The notes beneath the pieces were generated by a model. The model saw only the letters and a list, made by a program, of their open reading frames with translations, searched no databases and was not told the origin of the DNA. From the NCBI GenBank assembly GCA_030141605.1, contig JAQGDQ010000066.1, positions 558,001-622,000 of the forward strand: a DNA stretch of 64,000 nt, read 5' to 3'. Every line of letters starts with the position of its first letter. Position 1 is the stretch's first letter. Of this stretch, positions 39,201 through 54,200 are shown piece after piece. Made by a program: the position numbers and the translations under genes. Origin of the DNA: Tubiluchus corallicola (Eukaryota > Animalia > Priapulida).

Positions 39201-42200
39201 TACTTTTTTCATAGCAATTACAATGTAGTTGTACATATTACAAGTAATATAGATACAACAAAATACTAGTACATAGCAAAATTTAGAAAAAACTGAATAA
39301 AAAACTGAACTGATAAGGATCTGCAATGCAAGCAGAAGTTTACTGGTTCAAATCCAAGCTGCAACAAAACTTTTTTTTACATTTCCTGTCTTTCGAAATC
39401 ATATCTAAATTTAATTATTTGTGGGTTTGTACTATCATTAAAAATAATCTTAATATGATAACTGATTGATTACTTTTTAAGTTACAGGTTCTCCTTCTCA
39501 ACAATAACGAGTAAAAAGAAATTTGTTAGTGTTATTTGCGTATAAACAGAAAGAAGAAAATTAACATTACCTTTCTACATAAATATGGGATAGTGCCCAC
39601 AAGCGATCCCAAGTCTTCGTCATCAAATTAAGCTTGGTGCTCACAGCGGGAGAAAGCTCTGATTGTGGAATGTTAGCCGCCTGTTTCTTGATCGATTCGA
39701 CTTTTGGCTCAAACAGCTGTAGACTGTTCTCAAACTCCTGCACGATAGAATGAATACACCAATGTCAAAATGAAGTAAAATAAAACTTATTGATAGTTGA
39801 TCTCGTGGCATAATCAGAGGCTCTGAAAAGTGTCTAACCCAATCTAGTGTTGAGTTTTGTGTTGAGTATTGAATCTACATTGCCTTAAAAAGTCCATATA
39901 CATGTAATAGGCAATAAAAATCCAGGCATGTCCAACATGATTACAAATATGAATGTGGTTAGACTACTATATTTCTGTCACAACAACATGGCAACAAATA
40001 AATTTTAGCAAAAATGAAAAATTAAAAAAAATCAATGCCATTGTAATTCTGAAAGATAAAGATACAGTCACAAATGTCAAAATAATAAGTCCTTAAGACT
40101 CAAGGGTTTCATTTTTAGTGTTTGCTTATTAAACATTTTTGGCAAAACTAATAATCAAAAATGACATACTTAATAAGACTGCTTGCCAGAAACATGTGCA
40201 AGACAGTAAGCCACATACAAAAATAAGGCATCAAATACTTCAACAATACCTTATGTTGCACAACTAATTGCTCCAACTGATCAATATTGCTCGGAATCTG
40301 AGAAACACATCTTGACTCTAATGTCTTTGCTGCACTCTCCAAAGTCACATACAGACTGGATAAATGCTCTATTAATGGTGGTCCTGCAGCAACTACAACA
40401 GAATTAAACAATGAATAACCGCAAATAATAATCTGCTTTTGTTTTTTTTCTAAAAAATTGGGATGTTTGGTATTGACATCATCATGATTCAAATCCCCGA
40501 ACCTTGATCCCGAACTTCCCTCAAATCCAGAACCCCGTTCTGGAACATTCTGCTGCTGAAACCACTCGTCCTTTCCTGACACCAAGGTTTAAAATTTTAT
40601 AACATTTGAAAAAAAACATTTACTTTAGGTTTTTCAGATTTATTGAGAAAAATGAGATATTAATCAAGTTTTCGATACATGAGAAATATATAAAGAACGA
40701 GACTGAGTAACAAAAAATATTGAGGTGCAGGTATCACTGCTGCTAGCACCATTCCTGTCTAAAATCTGTTCAACCAACCAATGCTTCTTGGTCAGCATGC
40801 TATCCTTTCTAGCAATAATTTCACAGCAAAGAGATTACCGTTAAGGCAAAATGAAGTGGCTGTGGCCTGCTGTAAACCAATTTGAACTTATCGTGGCTGA
40901 ATCATATTGCAATTATGGAAACATTAAAGATTAGAGCGAAAACTGTCCAACTGAGAAAGACAGTGAAATAATATAGGTATAATTTTTTAATTCCTCTTTA
41001 TTGACAAACAAGTTCTGTAACCACTGATCCTGGCCCAAACCCCGATCCCATTCTGAACTCCCGAGTCATTGATAATAATTAAATTAATTTAATACCTTGA
41101 CCTTCTGCCTGACTGCCTAATGACTGGAATAAGTCTGAACAATACTGCATTTCTTGTTGCAATCTGAGAAGTTCTGGATCCGTCTTGTCTTGGCTTTCTG
41201 CCAATAACTTGTCAGCGTCTTCTTGCAGAGCTTGAAGAATAACTTCACGTTGTGATGGCTGCATAGACATGAACTGGAAAATACCAAATAAATATTTTCA
41301 AAACCGATAAAACACTTTTTCTCGTTGAATGTGTATTGTCAACAATAATTGGTGCTTACGTAGCATACGTTTCTACCTGCGGAATAACTGCAAAAAAAGT
41401 CAATAGCTGTAGAAAAAGCATAATGCATACGCAGAGTACATACACGGGGGCACTAAAACAATATAAACCAATTTTCTCTATACAGCACCTCCTAAAATGC
41501 ATATGCATCCTGATGCCTACGTAAGCGCCACTTTATACAACTAGTACTTCATTTTCTATTCCACATGTTAAAATGCTTTACTTTACTTTCCGTCTTCTGT
41601 AGAAGGGTACCAGAGTTAAACTGCACCCAACTTGAGCTAAGATCAACCCTAAATTCGTTTCATAGTTTAAAGCAACTACAGTACTGTACCTGTTTGAGAT
41701 CCCAAGATTTGACAACTTTGATTGTAGCAAAAATCATTTGCAATTTCATCTTTCGGTGCTGCTCTTTCCATAAATCTAGTAGTTGTTCATACTGCTTTTG
41801 TAACCTGTTAAATAAATTAAGTTGCTTAGTTTCGATCATTAACCATCTATAACAAGTAAATATAAAAGACTGAAGTACAAAAAGTCACGCTAGAACAATT
41901 CCTTATGTGTTTTAAAGTGCCAAACTTGATATTCAAAATACTCCTTGTTATAAATGTAAATACACTAAATTTTTGCATGCAAAAAGATTGATGTAACTGT
42001 CAGTCATTTCAACAGATGTGACAATAAACAAGATAATCTACATATTAAACAGGAAAGAGTGATAGTTAATTAGAAGTCAGTGATTTTTATCTGTACTTAG
42101 GCAGCACAGACAAGCATTGAATAATTTTCAAGATATTATGAAGAAAACAAAAGGCAAAAACAACCTATTTAATAACTCTAAACCTAAAAATAAAAAAAAC

Positions 42201-45200
42201 AGACAGCTTGCATTTTCTCATCACTGAGACTTTTTTGAAATTCAAAAAAAAAACCTAAGTTAGAAAACGTACAGCATATGACTGTTAACATACAGGAAAC
42301 TTAAAAACGTGTATATAAAAACATTATCTTAACAAGTTAACACACACCTGTTAGCAGCTTCGATGGCCTCATCATTTACAGGTGGAATGAGAAAGCAGAC
42401 AGAAGGTACAAGTCCTTCTTGTCGTGATGAATTCCTCACTTTCCATTTTGTTGCCTGGGAATTGTCCAGTAAAACACATTCCTCGTCTTTCCTGATATTC
42501 ATCTAAATTACGGAAAAAATTAATTGCCAACTGTATGTGGTGCACACTTCAAATATATTTTCTATACAATACGGCATTCTGCAAGCCAGGATGCAGCATT
42601 CAGCAACAGGTCTACTTAATGTATATGGCTGTGGCAGGATCGAAACCTAGTCTGTCATCAAAATAAATCTCTAAAAGGAGATTCTGAACCAATACATTAT
42701 AGTCACCTTTGGATGAGCAACACATCATTTCCCCAATACAGTACATAGCTGAAAGCAGTATGGCAGATAAAAACCAAGCAGGAAACGATCTACTTACTAA
42801 CCAGGTTCCACACTGCTTAACTTGAGTTCTTAATACATACTGTGACTATTCTTAGCTATTCCACACTTTTCTCTTATCCTAACAGTAGTATAATATTAAC
42901 ACTTACTGTTGACCACTCTTAAGAGCATAATATTATCACTTTGCCAAAATAAACTGCCAAAATTAATTTTCACAACATTTATGTAATTTCAACAACAGTA
43001 TTTCTTAAACTCACAAACACCTGCTGCTTAAGCTCTGAAATATCATGCTTCACTACTTTACGCGTGTCCACTAAATAACAAAAAATATTGTAAAAAATCA
43101 AAGGTGAACTGAAAATAAGAAATACATAAAACACTCACGTGTACTTGCTTGTACGTGCAGAGTGCAGTCACTGGTCTTGGTTGACTAAGTTTGTGTCGGC
43201 GAAGTTTCAATGGTACGATTTCACGACTGCGTATCTGAAGCGACTGCACCATTTCTTCATGTTGTTTCATAGTTTCTCTCATCTCCTGTAAAAATGGACA
43301 ATGTGGATAAACAAGTATAATGTGCACGTAGACAATACACTGAATGCAGGGGAACTATGTATGCTATCATAAGCAGCAAGCTCAAGATGCAATAAGCCAT
43401 GCAAAGAGGTAAGGAGTTGGCACAGCAGTCAGATAAGCATGTAGGTTATAAACAGCTTGTTTGATGAATTTTATTAGGGACTTCTTTTAGAAGGTGACAA
43501 CATGACAAAATTAACATTTCAGTGCTTTAAGATGGATCAGAAACTTGCTGTTGTAACACAGTTTTTCAGCAAAAATTTACCGTCACTGAAACCAATTGTC
43601 ATTAAATGACAACTATTAAATAAGGTCAAACTACTAGCCCATCTTTTACAAAATATATAAAGGTGTTAACAGAAAGCACTTTGATAATACTGAGGTAATT
43701 CTTAACAAGAGTCGTTGCAATTAATAAAAAATCCCACAATCAAGAAAAGAACAATGACATGGCATTTTAATCCACCACTGTGGACTACCTTCTGATAAAA
43801 AGAACAAATATAAACAAAAATATAAACCAATAAAACTGCAGAAAAACAGCACACACCAAAGAACAGAATCACTAAAACTCCACAATAAATACGAAGCACA
43901 TGAGAAAAAGCAGTAGTCACAAAGACACAGAAGAGTACATGAGAAAAAGCAGTAGTCACAAAGACACAGTAGCAAAAAGCACAAAACGTCACACAGCACT
44001 TCAATGTGTATACGTTTTGCATTTTTGTAAACGGACAAATAAGCTTATACAAAGAGGATGTAATTTTAAAACCAGTTTTTAAGCAGTGAGAACAATAATA
44101 TTGTCATGAAAAATGTAAACTAACCTGCATTTCGCGTAGGTAGCGTTCACCTTGATCTATACTAATCTCTTCTTGTCCGTATTGTCCTTTCAACAACTCA
44201 ACGCTCTTGTGTAACCAATTCTCACATTCGGCAACATCCGTAAAGTATTTGTGATATGCTGATGCGTGTTTCAGATGTGTTTCTAAGCACATTGTTAGTT
44301 GAAGCAGCCATGACCACTGTGTCTGCATTGTTGCCATATAAGCCTGAAGACATGAACACAACAAATAAACAACAATTCACACAGAATTAAAATTTCAAGG
44401 ATGTCACAAATATTCCAAAGTTGTGAAGCACACATAATTACAAGTTAATGACCTGTAGCAACAATTAAGTGAAAACCAAATTGAATTTATCACAGAAAGT
44501 GACTTAATTAATATTTGGTGAAAATACAACTGTTTTCGAAAAATTTGAAAAAAAACGCAAGCAGAAAAAACTTTTACACAAAATTTTAATGAAAGCTAAA
44601 CATTATTAGTGCAGTGCATATATGTGCCATCCACTACATTTCACTGCTTTTCTACACACAATCCTGCAAGCCGAAATCAAGCACCCAACGGCAAGTTTTA
44701 CTCATCAATCAACGCACATGCCTCTAAAGTGAGCCACTGAACCGGCAAAGGTGTCGCAGCCATGTTCAGATGTGTGTACATCCTATCTCTATAAGGAAAA
44801 CAGCCAGAATCAGCAAGGCAAGAATGAGAGGTTCACTCATCCATTAACTGGCTAGCCTTGGCATGACTGTTAACTTCGGTTGCCAAGCACAACGCTTTAT
44901 GGCGCCTTTCAGACTAGACAGTTTTCTCTGAGAGTTCTCGCAATGAATAAAGCTTGCCTGCAAGAAACTCACGAGAGAACTCTTACCGACTCTAATAAGT
45001 TAATCATGCAGCCATTGCACCTTGCACTGTGCTTGACTTGCAAAGTGTGCTGCAAATTACAATTAACATTAACCTTAATTTAGAAAAATTGCATAATTTT
45101 GCTACATACCTCTATTGTTTTTGATGCGTGATGACCTCCTAGCACTAAAGCTTCACCTTTGTCCTGAACAGAGTTAAACTGTTTTTCACGTGCCTCGAGC

Positions 45201-48200
45201 TCACTCATTAGAGTCTGTTGCGAAAAATGACAATTTTAGTAAAATTACGTAACAAAGTTTCACTAAGTAATACTTCAGTGTTATCAATACTTATGCTGCA
45301 CTATGGTTATGTTTTAACTTGGAAAGTAAGGGTAGCAATTGTCAAAAATCTAATTAATACAGTTTTATATTTGTGTCCATTTATCTGAGAAAATAAAGCG
45401 ATTAACGGCTCAATGTTTGCAGTACACCAAAGTTTTCAAACCAATATTTTAGCAATTTAAAAGAATAAATATTTTATACTCATATAAGAAATGTACTAAC
45501 AGCATAAAGTCACAAAACAAGCTTGCTTTCACAATCAATGAGTAAATATTAATTTTTAGCTAATTAAGCTACCAAGTAACTAAGAAATTGCATTCGAATT
45601 CGTTTTATGAAGAAACATTCGATCCAGGGTTTTAGAAATGATCATGCTGTGTTCGTAAGCAGTAGTACAGCACAATGACAAAATAAACAATAGAACAAGC
45701 CAGATATTTTAAAGAAACATGTAACGTGGCAATTTCGTGGCCTTAATTGAGCTTTCATAGAACTGCAATATAGAAAATGTGTGAAAAAGATTTAGCCATA
45801 TACTATGCAGACAATCATATTTACGAAAAATAAAAAAAGCAGTGTTTTGATCTAGATTAGTGGTAAAACAAGGTAGAAAACATGCAACATGATTGAAACT
45901 TTGGGAAGCAAATGCACCAGCCATGCATTAAGTACACGTTACCAGTGCAAAAAGGACTGACAGACAGTAAAATTCTAACCTTTGACGGCGTTATTTCCCC
46001 CTGTGACAGTAATGAAAAGGAAAAATAAACCTTAAATTAACTTTAGAGAAAACTAGTCTTTTAAAATCAGTCTGAATGTTTTAAAAAAGTAATTCACATT
46101 TTAGCTGCTAGAGAAAACTAGTCTTTTAAAATCAGTCTGAATGTTTTAAAAAAGGAATTCACATTTTAGCTGCTTTTCTTTTTCTTGTCAGTGCACATTA
46201 CAAGAAATCACACAGAAAAGCACTTTCAGAAAATAAAAAAAATTCATGAAAATATTACAAATCTCCTTTATATTATCAAATACATGATATATTTTTTCAA
46301 TGATATAATCAAGTGCACTACGAATGTTTTACACTTACTTGATAATAACGTTCGATGTCAGATATTGGTAGACTCTTAGAACTCCAGTCTCGTGCAATTT
46401 CTGCTTCCTCTCTTTCATTCAGCCACATCAGTTCTGTTGTTGCGGCTTGTATGAAATCATACAGCGACTCAAGACTGACTTTGCGTTTGATCGCTGCATC
46501 CTGGAAGCATAAACAAACACTGTTAATTACTGTATGCTAAAGTATGTGTCAGTATATGTTAGGTAATTATATAAGTCGACATACGACCTATGTGACTTAT
46601 GACTATTTGACTTTACAACCTGAGTGGAACATAATTAACTAATTATATAAAACCAACTATAACTCATATTTCTATCTATTTTTTTAAACAAATTAACTAC
46701 AAATTGCTATCTGCTTCGACAAATTCATTGTAGGCGCTGCCATACTTAGGGGTCTTGATTGTAGAGGCGCACCATTTTAATGTATGAGTCTGACTTTCAT
46801 CCTATTCATCTTATGACCAATCTGCCAGAACAAACTGTGGTGGTCATAAATCGACAGCTGCCTTTAACTTTTGAGCTATCAAAATCACAGCTTGAGTCAC
46901 AGACTGTTACATCACAGTCATACATGTTTCCACGCATGGAATCGTCAACTTATGATGGTTCAGAACTCTAAATTACAAACAATGGTTCTTACTGTAGAGT
47001 AATTAATTTACAAACATTTTAAACAGATGTTAGTTTTACTAATCAAAATTGTATGTACACCAGTCAGGTCTACATTACTCTACATTACTGTTGTTCTCTT
47101 ACAAAATATTTGATACATCACATTTACGACCATACAGGTGTTAGATTCCTAAAATAAACTTACAAAGCTGAAATGATAACCAAAATGAAATTAATTACAC
47201 TGATTAATTCATAATATTTACCATAAGTTGAGAGTACTGCGTCTCTAATTTTGAAAGATGCTGTACATAGAGCTTCTGTTCCTGACCCGTCAGCGTGTTC
47301 TTGCCAGCCACGCACTGATCAACTTGGGTCCGAAAATCTACAATTTGCTGGTAAAGCTGGCGATGTTCTTCCAGAAAATGTTGAACTGATGGTAAATCTT
47401 CACCCCATTTTGACATCTCCATTATGTGCTAGATTTAAAGACAACGGAAATAATTTCAATCACACATAAATCAGCTTGCAATTACAATATACATTAGTTA
47501 AAAAGAAAGTAGTAAAAAGTACTTTTTAGGTCACGCCTTAAAATTTTAAATCGATACAAACTTGTTGGTCACACAAACAATCTATTTGATTAATATTAGC
47601 AGTCTGAGGTTTATAAATTTAAACTCTGGGGTTTATTTAGCTTCTTATCCATACTTGAAATATTAGTAATTCACATTATTTCAGATAAAATTTTGTAGGT
47701 TGCTAAAATAGTTGTCAAATGTCATTGACACACTTTTTCTGAAACATAAATTAGGTTTACATAAAAGTCTAGAAATTGCAATCTGCAAATTTTTAAATTA
47801 CCATTTTGCTTTCTGTCCAGCGTATACACTCTTGCAAAAATTTAAATACTTCGTTGGTCTCTATGATGCGCATTTCGGACACGACCTCCGTCGTTCGACT
47901 GACCGTCACCTCCTCAGTAACAAACGACTTCTTGTTAAGAGCTAGCACCACATTTGTATGGTAACGGGCACGCAAGTCTGTCATTCGTTTATGTAAAAGT
48001 TGAGCTCTGGTAAAACAACAAATAAAATTGTTCTCGTATTTACAACACTACAGAGATAAACAACGAAAATCAACATTCGAGGTCAACATGTCTGCAAAAA
48101 ACTAGTTGACAGATATAAATAATTTACCTTTTAATGTACAAAAGATAATTCAGGTCTTTTCACTTTGACCAACACCTTATGCTACTAAAAGCATACTGCT

Positions 48201-51200
48201 TGTTTCGACAGTGCTCAAACAATCTTGTTTTTCATAATCTGCAAAGCTTCCACCCAACTCTCATGAGTAAAGCAATATTTCAAAACTAATTCCAGAAATA
48301 GGATTATTACCCATAATGAAATTTATGCACTAAATCGGTTTGAAATGCAGTATGTCGATTTCCTGGCGAACTAAGAGAGAAAAATTTTATTGTGAAAAGC
48401 ACTACTTAGCAAACTACATTGACTTATTGTCATTAAGAAAATACTAATTATCTTTTTCTGATAAATGTTGTCAGTAAAGGTAGAGATGTCTACATATCTA
48501 AATTTGTGTGTCATTTGGATCGTTTCAATGGTTAGTGAACAGGAAAATCGATTAGGTATTTCAGAATGTTTTAGTTGTTTCAGAATATTTCTTGCTTTTC
48601 ATATTACAAATCCACTTATTTCCTGCACATTATCCTTATGAAATGACTACTTACTGTTCTATGTATTTGTCAGCATTTTGATGTTTGCCCTCTTTCAGCG
48701 TGTGAGTATCTGTAAAAATATCTTGCAGGATTCGCTCAGCATCCTTAATTGCTGCTTCCAATTGATCACAGTTCCGCTTGGCATCCAGAGGATGGATGCG
48801 ATTCACCCGTTTCTCCTCCTAGAAAATACCAACCAATGGTGCTAAATTACGTCACTAATTAATGTACAGTAAATAAGGGGCCACCCACCCAAAACGCAGC
48901 GTTCTTTTTAATTTAGGGGCATATAAAGAAACGTTCTATATCTTTTTTAATTGAGTGGTAAATCAAAAACATGCTCAGGCCCCTAATGAACAAATTGCTG
49001 ACTAAGCCACTGAGAGACAAAAAAAATCTGATAAACTTTTTGCTGGTATTATTATAGTGGTACACATACATAACATTACAGTACATAATATTACATATTA
49101 AGCACAAACTAATGGAACCAAAATGCAACTCAAAATTCTCATTTAACAGTGATTTGTTCCACATTATTCTTGTTTATGAACAAATTAACTTCTGGTGTCT
49201 TGAACTTTTTTATAAAACAAGAATTTCACACCAAAAGCATTTTTGTACTTCACAAAAACTGATTTATAATTGAAATGTAAACTGAGAGACATTCTTGCAA
49301 ATGTATTAGACTTTAGAACACACACTTTAATAAAATGACATTTTGGACAATCAGCTTGGTATACACTTGTATCAAAACTTGCTCAAATATTCCATAAAAA
49401 AGAACTAGATGTTGCCCATAATTTCTTTTTTGCATCCGTATCGCTAATTGTACACATTATTGTTTATTAAGAGAAGCAAACCTCACCTCTGCAACTTTGC
49501 GCTCTACTGCAGTTATTCTCTCATTTGCAACCCGTAACTGTCGATTTACCTTCTCTCCTAGCCTCTGCATCCGCTCCAACCTGTGCAAAAACCGAACAGT
49601 TTTCGTCTGAATTAACGCACTCAAAGAAGCAAGGTTTTCATTCCCCGAATATGCCATGATTATTATGCACATTAATGGTAAATCCAAAGGTAATAAGTGC
49701 CCTTACTGCCACATACACACCATGAAACAGTAACAGCTGGTGAAACAGTAACAGCCGGTCTTTTTCTATCATTGCAGCCAAGAAATATATACATCTTCTT
49801 CTGCGTTACTTGCTTTTGACACAACTCTTTATGCCCAAGAGTGAATTTTAGTTTCACTTGTGAATTATCCAATATGAAGAATAACAAGTTTTCCCATTAC
49901 AGTTTTTAGTACACAAGCAGTACTTAGAATCCAAAACACAGGCAGTACATAGAATCCAAAACACAAGCAGTACTGAGTCCAAAACACAAGCAGTACTTAG
50001 AATCCAAAACACAGGCAGTACTTAGAATCCAAAACACGAGCAGTACTTAGAGTCCAAAACTCAGGCAGTACATAGAATCCAAAACACGAGCAGTACTTAG
50101 AGTCCAAAACACAAGCAGTACTTAGAATCCAAAACACAGGCAGTACTTAGAATCCAAAACACAAGCAGTACTTAGAATCCAAAACACAAGCAGTACTTAG
50201 AATCCAAAACAATAACACTCATGTTCTACATCTTATAAACTCTGCACTTGGCAATGCATCTTAGAAGCATCACTTTAAATAATCTATTAGGTAAACGTAC
50301 AAAAAAATAGGAAACTGTTTTGCTGGTGGGACAAAAATCAACAAAATACTGCTCAATTTATTCACCTCAATAGGTACAGAACACAGTAAACATGATTGAA
50401 AGAAATGCAGTGTATTCACGTAAGAATGTAAGTGGTCGTTGGGGATGAATCTTTACATTACTCAGCAAAGTTTCATTTGTCAACAACAAACAAGGTGAGG
50501 TGCCGCTCCATTGACATAATAAGGTGCCGGCCGACGCCATCAATCAGCTTTCATGACACTATAACGCACAGAATAAGTGTACACAATGTTTGTGAAACAG
50601 TCCATGTTTGTTGATCCTAGTTTCAAACACCAATAAAGCTGTTGTAAACATAGTACAGTATCGGAGAATTACAAACCGACTGCAAAACACAAACTTAAAA
50701 CATCAGCAGAATTTGTAAATAAACACAAAAATGTGTTTGTTTCGGTTTACAACTTAAATTCACACAATTTTCAACACATTAATTGCAGGAAGAACAACGA
50801 AAACAGCAATTTGCTGGTATTTGAACTGCGATTTGCCCAAAATTTGCAACACCAGCAATCGCTATTTGCACATAAACTACGTGCAGCATGCCATGAGATA
50901 CCCAACGTGATCACTATTTGGCGAATTACAGATTACGATTACTAGACAGCAAGTCTGAAAAACCAGACAGTTGACAAAAAATCTAAAATGCTAAAACAAT
51001 TTAATATTAATTAGCCAGTGACTCAAAAGCAAAATAAGCAAAAGTATCAGGTTCCGGAAAACGCCTCTCTCCTAAGAAAAATACGGGAGAAGAACTCAAA
51101 TACGGGAGTGCTTTTGATTAAGTGATTCACATCAAACATTAAAAACCAGTCATTTAACAAACTAACATGCACAAAAATTCAATAGGAACCACAATAACTT

Positions 51201-54200
51201 GGTAAAACCAAGAAATCTGCTACATATGATGACACTAACATTCTGCTACAAGTCAGGACAACTTTTGAAAATCACTAATATAAACTAACACTTTCTAGAA
51301 AGATATTAGAGGTAAATTTGCTCAAATGTGTTGTTACCCTAAGGGTCCAAATTCCATCAAAATACCGTTAACAGCAGAGGAACGTGTGCATACCAGACAA
51401 TGACGTATAAAGCAAATAATCAGATGTATGTACTGAACATAATGAAAAACAGAACATCAGAAATAAAAGTGCCAAAAGATGGCACCACCTGTGCAGTTAT
51501 GATAAACAAGTGCCTACAATCGTACAGTAGTAAAAACACAAAACCAGAAAAAATGTGCTTTGATTAGTCAAACTTAGTTAAAATCCAATCAACAGCCAAA
51601 CCCTGACATATGAACGCTCGACAAACTCAAAGCCTAACAAAAAAATCAATGGCCTTATCATGAAATGAGAGTCTAAAAAAATTCAGTAGACCTCTAACAA
51701 CACAGCACTTCACACTACTCGACCCAATTCAATTCTAGTTTTGAAGGGAACTCAAACAGGAAAATCCAGGCAGTGATGTTGTTACCACAAGACCTTACCG
51801 ATTCTCACCTCTCATTGCCTCCAGATGCCTCATCTACCTGACGCTTCATTCTGGCTAATCTTTCTTTGAAATCAAGAGAACACCTTGGTATGAGGATGAG
51901 TTTAAGAGTTCAGAACTTCAGCTGTGTATTTTATTTGCTGATGGCCGACTTCCCCAGGCCAAAATTTTTTGCCACACCTCAAATATTAAGTTCCTTTCCT
52001 AAATTACTATATTTTTGAAAGAAATCTCATTTTAACATAAATCCAAATGTTGCTTTAGCCATTCAGTTTGCAACAAATATGGGGATTGCACTAATGCAAT
52101 GTGGCGGCCCCATCTTATAATTTTGTATCAGTGTCAGTGCTGCTGAAAAAGACTAAGACCTGCAGCTTTTAATTCCATTGTGCCACTAAACAATGTGAAA
52201 TTCTATTGGTAGGACTGTATCCAAAAATGTAGGAAACTTATTAATTACTTCATAATACCTGGAAATTTCATGATGAAGAGCCAGCTCTCGTTCCTGAGTA
52301 AACGCCATCAGGCGACCCCAGCTACGATTGATCACTTCATAATGCAGCTGCGGTTCAACCTCGTACTGACCGGTAGTTCCGGGTCCCATGGCCTGTATGT
52401 CTCGATTTAGGTTATCCAACTTTCTCAGATCTTTTAATCTCGGTGGAATGTCATGCGATTTGAACCGCTGAAAGTCTTGCAACAATCGCTGCAAATCAAA
52501 ATTTATGAAATACAGTTTATCAATACATGTAAACTACGCATACATTTTGACTTTGGAAAATTATTACCAAAAATTTTTAAAGAAATTTTACATGTAGTAT
52601 TTATTTAAAAACTAATATGCAGTTTTTCATAAAAACACATTAAAAACTATTTAGATTTGCAAAATATTTCAAAACAACTTCCAAAATTACAACCACTTAA
52701 CATTGGTTGATGGTGCATTATAATGGTCATTATTACCCAAGGCCTTTTTGATGATTTAAACATGGTACAGGAGCCTAAATCTGTTATATTACAACTGATA
52801 AATTAGACAAATAGTCGGTGGAATAGCTCTATACTAAATCCAAATAACAAATCTTGTCAGATTAAATATAAAATTAACTTTTAAAAGCCAGATGGCTTGT
52901 AGACAAGAAATAACTTGAAATAAACATACAAAACAAGGAACCACAATTATTGTGCATTATTCTAAATTGATACAGACCTGCATTTCTGGGATACTGTTAG
53001 GAAAATTTCGCTCTACCATCATCGAAGCTGCTTCTTTGCACCACTTCTGTAGGTATCCAGCCAGTTCTCTATATTCATCGTATTTTGCTTGCCTCTCCTA
53101 GTTAAAGATAGTCACATTTTTTAAATAAATGCTGAAGTAAAACATTACACACAGCTCTGTCAAAGGACAAAGCAACAGAACCAATCTCTCATTTATCGTA
53201 ATCGTTATTGCAAAAAATTCTAGTCAATTTGCTAGAAAGGGAGATTAAAGTGATAACGTTTCATCACTTAGTTTCAGAGAGGGCCTGTAGGGAATCAATA
53301 AATGCAACTAGCAATCCTCTAACAGTAAATTTTTAAATTTTACCCCTAAAATTAATACGAGAGACCAATTAATTGATTTATATTCTTACTCTTGCCTAAG
53401 AGTAATCTAGCCTGTAAATGACGAGGTTTGTAATTTTGCTGTCACAGTAGTAAATGCTAAAAAACTGATGTCCATGTGAGGGGACCAGTACCAACCTATA
53501 AGAATTGGGAGAGAAGCAAAAAATGCTGCTTGCCACCCCCTCTCACGTCTTACAAACTGGCTGCTTCCCTCAGTTGGACGACACTAATTTTCTCGGTTAA
53601 CAAATGACTTAAATCTGGCTAAAGAATTTGTTTATATGATAAAGCTTCTTTTAATAAATTCCCCACTTGTTACTGCTATACAGCTGTTTACATATTTCAT
53701 TTCTGGCAATTCAACTTTCTTTGAACGTTTACAGGAATTGCAAATGAATGAGCTGCTTCTTTCTTGCTAACACAATTGATATTTCACGCGTAAGTTACAA
53801 ATATTTCCCTCTGTTTTTTTTACCTCTTAATAAAACTGAAGGAGCATGCACCATAAGACAAATGATAACACAAATTTACGTCAAAATAAGACTGCATGTC
53901 CAAGTATTCATCCAATACAATTTTAAAAATTCTTTGAAAATGATCAAGTTTCACCCCTGTCGCAAAATCCCAGGCTGTAGAGGCTCACTTGCAATAAGCA
54001 ACACTGTATTTTCATCACTTATTTCTTAGCACAAGAACTCTAAATTTAAGTAAAGACATTTACTATAAGTTCTTCTTAACATGACGATTATTCTCACTTG
54101 TTTTGGACTTGATGTTCTTAATTGTACTGAAAAAGCAGGAAATACTTACGCTAAAAATACACTGGTTGTACTTAAAAAATAACAAACACATGTACTTACA

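Noticed and set aside
40384-40585. Gly/Ser-rich upstream extension of the 145-aa ORF ([15 protein letters not shown])
   Set aside because: It lies upstream of the acceptor at 40383, and I found no acceptor/donor pair supporting it as an exon; probably a small intronic repeat.
43702-44082. Cys/Phe-rich hydrophobic ORFs on both strands
   Set aside because: Low-complexity T-rich intron containing a 39-bp duplication; no convincing splice sites or domain.
49911-50210. CRISPR-like array of short repeats
   Set aside because: Units are contiguous with no unique spacers, there are no cas genes, and the context is a eukaryotic intron.
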